From Octopus vulgaris (lineage: Eukaryota), in the NCBI GenBank assembly GCA_951406725.2, contig OX597832.1:12524001-12588000 (forward strand): a stretch of DNA of 64,000 nt. The letters run 5' to 3'. A model generated the notes under the pieces. It saw only the letters and a program-made list of their open reading frames with translations, had not been told where the DNA came from and made no database searches. The translations under genes were made by a program, and so were the position numbers. Every line of letters begins with the position of its first letter. The first letter of the stretch is position 1. Positions 32,830 to 44,480 of the stretch are shown here, piece by piece.

Positions 32830-33172
32830 TACCTGTTGTCATAGGTGCCCTGGGAATGATAGCAAACTGAGCTGATGCTACCTAGCTCAGATACCAGGAA
32901 ACCGCAAAATGGCAGACGTTCAAAAGATAGTGCTCACGGGAACTGCCCATATCCTACGTAAAATACTGTCTATGAATCTCAAATTTTAAAACAAACACAT
33001 AGTTTCCTTATGGTTTCTTAAACATTCTCGAGAACAACACTATGTACTAAACCAAATATATGGCACCCTAGGCATAACACCAACATGAACTTCTAGCTTG
33101 TTGTCTCTTGATGTCCCTGGGTGAGAATCGGAGCAAACTTGTACAAATGAAATGCAAAAGTCAAACATAAAA
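32826..33172 (+). mobile_element. 5'-truncated R4/Dong-clade (RLE-type) non-LTR retrotransposon: ORF C-terminus plus 3' UTR
   Basis: Translates (one stop, one frameshift) as TIPVVIGALGMIAN*AD/YLAQIPGNRKMADVQKIVLTGTAHILRKILSM, the PVVIGALG...QK.VL.GTA.ILRK terminus typical of R4-clade elements. Flanked on both sides by (TAA)n. Confidence 0.8.
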
Positions 33173-33189
33173 TGATAATAATAATAATG

Positions 33190-33232
<43 letters not shown>

Positions 33233-33678
33233 TAATAATAATATTAATAGATTGTAATTCAGGCGAGAGACCAATTGTTTTTGCTGGAGGTAATTAGTCG
33301 ATAACATAAATCTCAGAATTTGAGAAGCACGTTTATTTTATCGACCATAAGACGGGTGGATTGGACAGTGATGTAAAACAAAACATATCATAGCAGGACT
33401 TAAATTCCAAATGGAAATAACAGAAAAAGAATACCGAGTCGTATTCTGGCAGACGTTCAAAAATAATAGAATCTAAGATCCAGATGGTTTCGAAACGACA
33501 AAACATTGAATGAACTATTATTTGAAGCTAAACATAAATGGGTTATCAATTAATTAATTAAATAAATAAATGAATAAATAAATAAATGAATAAATAAATA
33601 ATTATAATTATATAATAAAATGTTTCAAACTGAACCTTTGGTAACAGTAGATATCATTCCTACTTTCTGGACATATTG

Positions 33679-33972
33679 AAGGCGCAATGGCTCAGTGGTT
33701 AGGGCAGCGGAGTGGCGGTAGGAGGATCGCGGTTTCGATTTCCAGACCGGGCGTTGTGTGTGTTTATTGAGCGAAAACACCTTAAAGCTCCACAAGGCAT
33801 TGGGTGGTGGCGACCCCTGTTGTATTCTTTCGCCCCAGCTTTCTCTTACTCTTTTTCCCTGTTTCTTGAGTAAGGCTGCGATGGACTGGCGTCCCGTGGA
33901 GCTGGGGAGAACACATACGCCACAGAAACCGGGATCATGAGACTGGCTGGGCTTGAAAAGGGCGCATAAATA
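33679..33972 (+). mobile_element. tRNA-derived SINE, family C (tail type 1)
   Basis: A box TGGCTCAGTGG, B box GGTTTCGATTTCC. The 5' ~190 bp match the element at 56946-57550; the tail carries GCGATGGACTGGCGTCCCGT and CAGAAACCGGG. Confidence 0.85.
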
Positions 33973-34758
33973 ATGAAGCATTTCTGAACATATTACACTC
34001 CTTGTAAAATATATACCGACACGCAATGATATACTGACACACAAGAGACATAAGCGAATACACACATAACTACATTCCGCGAAAACCTACGTAAACATGC
34101 ATACATACAAATGTCTATATATCTATCAATATAACCATTATATATACTTAAATTTCTAGGTACGCATACTTGAACAGAGGCGCGTACACAAGAGAACGCA
34201 TACAGATATATAAGCACACATATATATTCATACGTAAATCAGCGGTATGTATTAACACGCACATATCCAATTATACAAGCGCATACGTATAACGATATTT
34301 GCGTAGAAGAATATGTTTGCAACATATGATTGGATTACTATGTAATTTACAAAAATTTAATATTATTTCTTAACGAGATTACCTCTTTCTAACTTGCCTC
34401 TGGAGTACATATTACCTATATTCTGTACATTACTTTACTTTCCGTTTCTCAAATCTGAAATGGTCAGAAAAAATATATAATTCTATTAGCGTTGCTGAGG
34501 AATCTATCTCAGAATGTGGAATACAAAAGAAATCAATACCTTACACAATAACTTTTAATGAAGAATTGGTAGGAATAAATGAGAAAAAAGAAGAAATGAA
34601 AAGATATTTGCTATTTTTCCTGTTTTTTGCCATCCTTCCTGGCAAATAGATTATATAAAACGATGATTTTTGTTCACATCTACACGCATGAATATACATA
34701 AATACGTATATGAATATCAATATACATATACATGCATACACACAAACACACATATATG

Positions 34759-34794
<36 letters not shown>

Positions 34795-34808
34795 AACATA
34801 CATATATA

Positions 34809-34862
<54 letters not shown>

Positions 34863-35655
34863 CTTATCTGTATGTGTGTCTATGTGCATATATATGCATA
34901 TATATCTGTGTATATAAATTATATATATATATATATTTATACACTTTTATACACATATATGTACACGCATATATACACATAATGATAATCACTAGCAGCG
35001 TATTTTGTATATCATACGTAGTTTGTGAAAAAGTGGATTTTATCGTTTTTGTGAGTTATTATAATTGGTATATCGCACACACAGACACACACGTGCTCAG
35101 ACATAGACACACTCACAGACATACAGTGAAGTATAGTCACACTGAAGATTGCTTAAACAAATACATAATATATATACACATACACAGATACAAAAATGTT
35201 CCACCGAACATGGAATAGTAATTTATTGCTTACATAAGTTTACTCTATGACCTAAGTCATACAGAACCATATTTGATAGAACAGACACAATATGTATACG
35301 AAACATGAGAACACACACAGAGTAAAACGGACACTTCCTCTCAGACATACACATTTGTGCGTGTTTCTGTGTGAATACAAAACTCTGTATATTCTAAAAT
35401 TCTCCCATATAATTACCCCTGAGGTGGTTTGAGTGTTAAGCTCCATTTGCAAAGAAAATCTTTCCGATGTTCTTATCATTAGTTATTTGTGCCCTTTATT
35501 TATTTAATTCAATTCAAAACTACCTACCCATATGTTTAAGAAATGCATACGTACATACACAGACATCTATAGAAAGATACATTCATATAGACATACACAC
35601 ACAGAAATGTATATAAGAATATTTGTGTTGCATATTTTCATATTTATGTTTTCAA

Positions 35656-35698
<43 letters not shown>

Positions 35699-35742
35699 TA
35701 TATGTATGTATGTATATAAACATATATCTGTGTGTCTGTGTA

Positions 35743-35813
<71 letters not shown>

Positions 35814-35819
35814 ATATGT

Positions 35820-35945
35820 ATAGTGCAAATATACAGAACATTAAATACAAAGACAGCTGTAGGAACAACATGCAGTTGTGTGAGTCTAACGGTGGGGAAT
35901 ATTGGAAAAGTCTTTTACGTTTCGAGCCTACGCCATTCCACAGAA
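35820..35945 (-). repeat. Probable Penelope pseudo-LTR fragment
   Basis: Minus strand CTGTGGAATGGCGTAGGCTCGAAACGTAAAAGAC resembles a decayed hammerhead-type CUGANGA-stem-GAAAC core; embedded between TA-rich repeats. Confidence 0.4.
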
Positions 35946-36179
35946 ATATATATATATATATAAGTAGGTAGGTAGGTAGGTAGCACGGAATTTTGTCTGC
36001 GAACACGTCGCGGCTTCAAAGCGACAAAAATATTTTGACAAATTATATTTAAATGTTGAAGCGAATGTAACGGTTGTTGTGTATTTTTTAAATTACTTAT
36101 AAACACCTTCCAAGATGCAATTGATTCATTTTCAGCACACGATTTCAAAACAAGCCACTTGCTATGCAAGTACATCTCC

Positions 36180-36223
<44 letters not shown>

Positions 36224-36962
36224 GAGAGAGAGAGCGCGAGGGAGAGGACGGGAGAGTAAGAGAGAGTTACATACATATAGACACAGTCACACTCATACAT
36301 ACACACATATATGTTTGTACCTTTATAAATTTTGATTAAATTGGAATATATGTTGACTTATTTGACCTTGAATGTAAAATAAGCAGCTTGAGGCACATAA
36401 TGAAATTGTAGGAACCCTAGGAGGGCCCACACTTTAGTACATCCGTCAAAATGTGTTCCCTTTCTGGTGAAACACCTCTCTTATGCCAATTTCAATGAAT
36501 GCAAGTGAAACAGAACAAGCTCAACATATATCACACGTCTTGTGTAATAAACATCAAGTAAAATAACACAACTTGCACTCTTATTTAATTATTAGTGCAC
36601 TACAGTACGACACGCTAATCTCACATTCTACTGCTTTACCTCGTGTTGTTTTATAAAACATCCCACACAGCATGTGCTTTGAACAATTACTGCTTGACGC
36701 CGAAACATGTGTCACTAATCATACGAATATACACGAAGCGTTCAACAATAAAATACCACACATGCTCAATGGAAAGTTAAAATACAAGACAAGAAACAAA
36801 CATTTAAATCAACAACGCAAATATGATGTAGGAAACAAACTCGTATTTAGATTCCCTAGCGGTCATTCTACTACACTCATCTCAAAACAGGCGGGTACAC
36901 CTACCGTGTAGTTTAGCAACAATTCACATAATGCGGCTGAAAATATATTGGCATTAATAATA

Positions 36963-37318
36963 TTCGTTTCTACTCTAGGCACAATGCCCAACATTTTGGG
37001 GGAAGCGGGTCAGTCGATTAACTGGTACTTTAATTATCGACCCTGAAAGGATGAAAGACAAAGTCGACCTCGGCGGAATTTGAGCTCAGGACGTAAACAC
37101 AGACGAAATACCTATTTCTTTACTACCCACAAGGGGCTAAATACAGAAAGGACAAACAATGACAGACAAACGGTTTAAGTCGATTACCTCGACCCCAGTG
37201 CGTAACTGGTACTTATTTAATCGACCCCGGCGGGATTTGAACACAGAACGTAGCGGCAGATGAAATACTGCTAAGCATTTCGCCCGGCGTGCTAACGTTT
37301 CTGTCATTTTGCCGCCTT
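36963..37318 (-). mobile_element. Dimeric SINE family A (two cores, two different tails)
   Basis: Two tandem copies of CTGGTACT..ATCGACCC..TTTGA(A/G)C.CAG.ACGTA..CAGA.GAAATAC; head ends GCCGCCTT at 37318. Confidence 0.85.
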
Positions 37319-37458
37319 AGAAAGGCTTTAATAATATTCATAATAAATTTAACACTGACAATAATAGCAAGACGTAAACCAGAGGTATTGATGTCGTAGC
37401 AGTAGCAGCCGTAGTTGTATCAGTGGTAATGCTGGGGTGGGGGTGGATTGTTGTCGTG

Positions 37459-37459
37459 A

Positions 37460-37520
<61 letters not shown>

Positions 37521-37539
37521 TGTAGTAGTAGTAGTAGTA

Positions 37540-37580
<41 letters not shown>

Positions 37581-37666
37581 TGGCATTTTATTTTTGTCCT
37601 CATGATATGAATAACAGTGAGGTACAATGCATAGCATATATATGATATAAGAATGAGAATTTCAAA

Positions 37667-37719
<53 letters not shown>
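37459..37719. repeat. (GTA)n tract and (TAA)n tract
   Basis: Directly visible. Confidence 0.9.
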
Positions 37720-37720
<1 letters not shown>

Positions 37721-37920
37721 CCTTTCTTTTATGTGCACGAGGCAAGGCCTGACATTTAGTGTGGAGAGACCCAGCATAATATATCGACTAGTACACTCGA
37801 CTAGAGCTTATTTTATCGATACCGAAAGAATGAAAGACACAGTCGACCACTTTGAAATTTGAACTTGGTTCGTAAAGCCGGAACCAATACCGCTAACGGA
37901 TCCGCCTTCGGATCTGCCTT
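37720..37920 (-). mobile_element. SINE family A, diverged copy
   Basis: TTATTTTATCGATACCGAAAGAATGAAAGACACAGTCGACC...AATTTGAAC...AATACCGCTAAC. Confidence 0.65.
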
Positions 37921-38494
37921 CTCACTAGCTTGAAATGTTAATAATACTAGAAATCTCTAACAGGGGAATCAATTGACAAATGCTGTGAGTATATCAAGTG
38001 TTTGAACGACAGAGCTAGCGATTCTATATACGGTTTGTATGCAACTGCTGTGAGATAGCAACAGAAAACATACTGTAAAAATCTGCAATAGAGAATCCTC
38101 GGTAAATGACAAATCAAACATTGTGGGATATGTTAATAACACAAGCACAGGGTGATCATGGCTAATCGAGCAGATATTATTGTCAAGTACTTGCGGGAAA
38201 TTATCGTTATCGAATTATCGGCCCCAACTGATGAGAGCGCATAAATTATTCAAATATAAATATCTGTGAAGAGAGATAAACGGAATTTGGGAACTGGCTG
38301 AAAGAAATAAATGCCAACAAAAATAGGTACGTAGCGAATAATAGGGAAACATGCATGGAACTGCAATACCAAAAATCTGGGATTTGCATACATGCATAAT
38401 GTGAAGAGAATAATTATTGCAGGCGCTGCAAATACTCAAAGCGTACGTATCTGTTCTTCGTAGTGAAGTGACAACACGTAATAAAAACCGGAAA

Positions 38495-38556
<62 letters not shown>

Positions 38557-39302
38557 TAATAATAATAACTGTTGCTGACTCAGATACAAAGGCAGAAACT
38601 TGTCAAGGGAGTTAGTATTTACAACGTGACAATATCGCATAATTCATCGATCAGTCACAAAAGAAAGTAACGAAAGTCCCTTTGCTGATAGTCCATGCAA
38701 CTGAGGAATAGAACTTCAATAAAACTTCATATTATTCATCATGTAATGACGGAAGGAAAAGATGACTACGACGAGATTTTGACTCAGAATATAAGTAGTA
38801 GAAATAAATCCTGGCCCCCTCAAATTTTTTTCTCAAATACCTTAACAATTATGCCAATCGAAGCACTTGAAATGATGATTTTTAACACAAGCACATGACT
38901 AGAATATTGGAAGATTGCTTTAGTCAACTAAATCAGTACTTGTTTTCAATGCTGCACGTTTTTGACGGCGCTGATTGACGAATTTGACGTAGGTGGAATT
39001 TAGATTTAGAAGTTAATGATGCGGAAGGAACTGCTCCATGCCATTTGTTCTATATTTTCAGAATCTTTGTAATTCAGCTCTCAAATGATAATTTGGCGGG
39101 AAGTTTAATCAGTGAAATCGAGCACAGTTATTTTAAAGATAAAACGCAAAGATGAATTCCCCGTTGACGGTAGATCTAAGCTCAGAACACGAAGGGCCGG
39201 AATAAATACTCTAACGTAATTTTTCCCGTGCTACTCTCTTCGACACATGGAATCCTTCAAGCCAAAAACATGGCTTGTAATTATTTCGAAAATCTAGAAA
39301 GT

Positions 39303-39453
39303 ATATTCTGTTGTGTCTGGGGAGAAAAGGTTGCAAGACGCAACGAAAACTTTAGGAAAATAAAAATAAGAAACAAGTGGAAATTTTACCGGTGAGTGTG
39401 TTACATTATAAAACACAAAAAGAAAATGACTCTCCCCAGACACAACAGAATAT
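39303..39453. repeat. Fold-back element with perfect 23-bp inverted repeats
   Basis: ATATTCTGTTGTGTCTGGGGAGA (39303-39325) / TCTCCCCAGACACAACAGAATAT (39431-39453). Confidence 0.85.
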
Positions 39454-41297
39454 GCCTTAACACACGAACTTATATAAAGAATCTTGCAAACCAAATCCAA
39501 AAACGAACTAGAAGGTATCATCTTTTATAATATGAAAGAAGCAGAATGTAGAATATATGAGTGAAAAGTGTTCACACGTAGGTCTAGTGAATGGAGAAAA
39601 AAGCAGGACTGGATCTAATTATTGTGTGCTCAGCTTAAAAATCAGTAACGGGAAACAGAACCTCTATCGTAATATAACTCATACTCTGCCTAAACTGCAT
39701 GCAAGACATGTCTATAATTTGCCATCCGATAAAATAGCATATTCTAAATAATAATCACTGAATCCATTTTCATAAATGACGCAACACATATTGTGTAGAC
39801 TCAACATGAGCAAGCAAAGACAAATCACATCACATGATGTGCACATCTACCGCCACCACCATCACCATCACCAACTCAAAAAATAGCGCAACACATGCGC
39901 TTAAATAATCGATAACTGACACTGTAACATCAACAATTCACGCACTTCATATTCTCCGCAGTTGCCACCGTTAATATAAACTCTGCAACGCATACCCGAC
40001 ACAATAACAGTCCGACATTAATGCACAACACATCAATCACGTAAAATACACAAAGCACATGCTAAAAATATAACAACTAACATAACTCCTTTTGCTCGTA
40101 CTTCACACAAATGACTCCCACAGTAAAGCACTATTGATATAAAATTCAAAGGCAATGCTTCATCCCCCACCAAAAACAAAAACCGCTGCTGTATACACGT
40201 CAGCATACACGTCAGGAGAACGAGGTTGCACCTGTTAGTACAGAACGAACGTGCATCAAACTGTTGAAAAACCCTACGATAAATAATAATAATAATTGTA
40301 CGAGAGTTCGACAACGTGCACTCCTGATTTTCCTTTTTCTCTCTAACCTTGGTTAGAAACTGAGAATCTACGTGAAATCTGCTTAACGTATCTGGTTTAC
40401 CGAGCTTGTTTTCACAAAATGTTATTCTTTTTTGAAAAAATGCTTGAATGTTCTTTTATCCTTTACACGTTCCGTTAAACACGGCCTGTCAAACACGAAA
40501 TTCTGAGAAGGTCGTCTTTGAAAAGGATTCATTACATGCCTTGGAAAACATCTATGCATTTCTAACACGTACGAAGTTAAGCTCGAGAAACCTGAACCAC
40601 ATCACAATATACTCTCTTAGCTAGCTAACAAGTGATTCCCTAGGCGACCGTTCAGCTTCTAAAAATAACTACCAAAGCAGTTTTAACACATCGCCCTTAA
40701 ATCTAGTGAAAAAGTACAGGTATAAAAACAGACCATTGATAAACAGTGGTTGATAAAGTATATATTCGGTGGAAAGGAAATGATAACTGTAATTTAGCAA
40801 GATTTATATTCTGCTAACCGAGATTTGCACCACGGTTACATTAATATTGTTAGTAAAACCAGTAATGCATCTATGAATGCAACAGTAGACGACACAACGA
40901 AGACGTATGCAAAAACAGTCGAACACATAAGACCCTAAGTATTTTGCATAACTGAAGCGAAAATGAGCCAAGAGAAAGAAATAATGCAGCGTGGCCAGGA
41001 ACAAATAATAGAATTACAAACACCAAGAAGAAGGAGAGCAAGAAGGAAAAGAAGAAGAAGAAGAAGATGAAGGAGGAAGAGAATGAGAAAAAGGAGAAGA
41101 AGGAGGAGGAGGAGGAGAAGAAGAAATGGGTCAGAGGGAGAAGGAGAGAAGGCGGTCGTTTCCATAGATAAAAGCGAAGTTTCATTGAAGTCTTCAATCA
41201 GAATTTCAAATCAGAATGATAAGGAGGACAATGGAATATTGGAACACTATAGGGACTTGTTTTGGGGGCTCCTTCACTAATTATGAAAGCGAATGGT

Positions 41298-41299
41298 GT

Positions 41300-41344
<45 letters not shown>

Positions 41345-41450
41345 CACTACCACCACTACTACTACTACTACTACTAATGCTGCTGCTACTACTACTACTA
41401 TTACTACTGGTGGTGGTGGTGGTGGTGGTGGTGGTAGTAGTAGTAGTAAG
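41298..41450. repeat. (ACT/ACC)n switching to (GGT/AGT)n
   Basis: Directly visible. Confidence 0.9.
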
Positions 41451-41754
41451 TAATGTTTGTGAGTGAGTGCGATATGTGCCGATGTATTGGTAGAGATGCT
41501 CCTACCGCATATATATTTTGTTTACATTATAGATGTTCACTGAATATTCGTGTGACTGTTCTCATTAGTCTTGTTTACATACACGTACACAATCGTGTGA
41601 GAGACACCGAAACACACCACACTCAAAAACACACACTCCCGTTAGCTATACTCGTACTCATATACAGAGAAAAATAGACATGTTTACATAAATATGAAAT
41701 TGGCACATACCAACAAAGTGAAAGTTATTCCAGACAGACGGACAGACAGAGAGA

Positions 41755-41796
41755 AAGATAGATAGATATATAGAAAGATAGATATATGGATAGATG

Positions 41797-41887
<91 letters not shown>

Positions 41888-42149
41888 GGATGGATGGATA
41901 AATAGTGAGAGATAGATGGAGAGATAACTTTGTTTATTGGCCTCACAGAGCTGAACACAGTAGGGACAAATACAAATGTAGGGCTTTTTTTTTGAAAATC
42001 AAAAACTAAAAGGGAAAATGGAAGAAAAAGGGAAAATTCCGATCAAAAGAGATCGGAAAAAAAACATCGAGAGATTGATTGAAAGAAAGAGATAGATAGA
42101 TAGATAGATAGATAGATAGGTAGGTAGGTAGATATATATATATATATAT

Positions 42150-42201
<52 letters not shown>

Positions 42202-42217
42202 TGAGAGAAAGTTGGAG

Positions 42218-42253
<36 letters not shown>

Positions 42254-42313
42254 GTATAGATGGATAGATAGATGGATGTATAGATGGATAGATAGATAGA
42301 TAGATAGATAAAT

Positions 42314-42344
<31 letters not shown>

Positions 42345-42348
42345 TAGA
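41755..42348. repeat. (GATA)n array interrupted by a ~160-bp insert
   Basis: GATA units at 41755-41925 and 42090-42348. Confidence 0.9.
41923..42085 (-). mobile_element. Putative LINE 3' UTR fragment (L1/Tx1-like) inserted in (GATA)n
   Basis: Minus strand ends TTTGTCCCTACTGTGTTCAGCTCTGTGAGGCCAATAAACAAAG then runs directly into (TATC)n. T-rich UTR-like body with no SINE core. The clade assignment is inference. Confidence 0.55.
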
Positions 42349-43561
42349 AAGAGCGGCAAATAGATAATACCTAATATATAGGCGGTATGTCGTATATGTA
42401 TATTTATTTTGAAAAAATCAACGTTCCAGTTTACTCTTTAAATGACAGGCTTACAGAAGTACTGTTCATTTTCTCAGTAAGCCAGCAATTTGCCGAAGGA
42501 CTTAAAGTTAAAACATATAAAAAAATATATGCAAAAGCAAAACAGAAAACAAAATAAGAAGGGAAAAGATAAGAAAAAAAAGTACAACAAATAACAGATG
42601 AAGCAAACAACATCAACACGTACTAAAACGTTAGGGTAGTACATTGGGGGGGGGGGCCCCAGATTGTATTTACGACTGAAGGTGAAGAGTGATATATGGA
42701 GCCATAAATATTTTTGCATGAGTTGAACTAAAAGACCGGAATGAGAAAAAAAAAATGTGTGTTTGATAAGAACACGTGAAAAATCTTTGATAGTGGGGAT
42801 GTAAGTGAAAAATACTATATCCTACGGTCCTGTTCAGAAATATAAGAGAAAGAACATATGGTGGCGATGAGAATAAGTAAATACTTTGAATGAATAAAAT
42901 TCAATGTTTCAGAAAAAGATTGTTTTTTTTTTTCTATTAAATATTCATTACATTCTAAATGGATCTTGGTAGATTTCTCAATGAAAATTGATACGTGATT
43001 TCTCACATATCTATATATATTTATTTATATATTGAGCGAATAGAAAGCCAAGTTTCAAATGCGTTACGGGTGCTGTAAATATAGCATTTGTTTTATACTA
43101 CATAATTTCTTCAAAGTCTAATTTCGGAAGTGCTAAAAAGATTTTCGTGGTTGTTTCTTCGACAAACTTGAAAAAGTAGTCCCACAGATATTTTTCGTAG
43201 GCCCCATGATTAATAGAAAGATGATAAGTATTTCATCACATCTAAATTCCTGGATCGAATGCAGGCAGGAGAGTGGGGCCCCTCGGCGACACAACTGGCA
43301 AATAGTGTGCTTTATACCAGGGAAGCAACAATACCCAGTTAACAACAAACACAGTCTATGTGTTTCCACACAGTTGCTGTCTGACAAGTGCCACGAGTGA
43401 AACGTAAGCTGACCAGTGATTATACAAGATATATACGCAATTCGCCGCTCAAAGGGATCAAATCCACAAATACATCTGTTGTTCTTGCTGTTATTGTCAA
43501 TGTTGTTCTTTTAAAGTGGCCGTCCAATATATATATTAAATGTATACAAATAAATAAATAA

Positions 43562-43614
<53 letters not shown>

Positions 43615-44480
43615 TACCAACGTCATTCGCCGCATCTCCTGCTTGCAAAGCATCTGAGACATCAGACTCGTAAATGAAACCCCGATCTCGCGCCATTTCC
43701 GTTCCACCGGTCATTCAACACATGTCTGTGTTCGGACTGTCTTCGCACAGGAGCCAATATCAATTCCTGTTCCCGCCTTCACCGTGAAGAGGAATTAATC
43801 TTCCCTCTTCGCTCCTTTGCGCCAGATAGGCTCAACTCCTCACCTTTCTTCATTTTACTCTCCTCGTCTCCTCTCTTCATCTGCCACTTATTTCTTCTCT
43901 CCACTCCTACTCACCTTCTCTCTCCGTTGATACGCCCTCAACCCACACTTCACACCCACGCACCACACGTCCACATATTCCCTACACCCATATCCTCACC
44001 CACACAAACACCACATAGCCCAACACCTTATCACATGACCCCACATCAATCTGCGCATACTAGCACTGAACTCACCGCACACAATCATCTTCACACCAAC
44101 ACATCATCATCCGCACACCCACACACAATCATCCACATACCCACACATTACAGACGTACACACTTACGCACGCACACATCCACACGTCAAAATTTCTAAC
44201 CCCTATCCACACACACAAACATTCTCACAAATAGACACATGCGCACCTTTGTTTTCGGATCACCAATACATTATTATATTCCCTTCATTCTATCACTCCT
44301 GTCAAACGTTTTCCCCAACCAGTCACCAGGCTTTATCGTTAAATCCATACGTCTTTTCTCCCTCTTTTTATCTGAGACATTATATGAAACCATACGGATT
44401 ACCTTCCCTTTTTCTTGGTGCACGTGTGTATTGTTTGGTGGATTAAGCTGATATTTCTTCGAAGTATTGCAACCAAATAA
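43615..44480 (+). mobile_element. Penelope-like element remnant: GIY-YIG endonuclease C-terminus plus 3' region
   Basis: Frameshifted translation AKHL/DIRLVNETPISRHFRSTGHS/MSVFGLSSHRS/RLHREEELIFPLRSFAPDRLNS fits the EH..I....P.SRHF...H...E..LIF.L....P.GLN pattern of Penelope endonucleases. Followed by a C/A-rich UTR and a CTGA-GA...GAAAC motif. Confidence 0.75.

Noticed and set aside
33679-33752. tRNA gene calls for the SINE heads (also 57480-57550, 3978-4070, 60876-60940)
   Set aside because: A/B boxes are present, but there is no complete cloverleaf, and each continues into a repeated SINE body.
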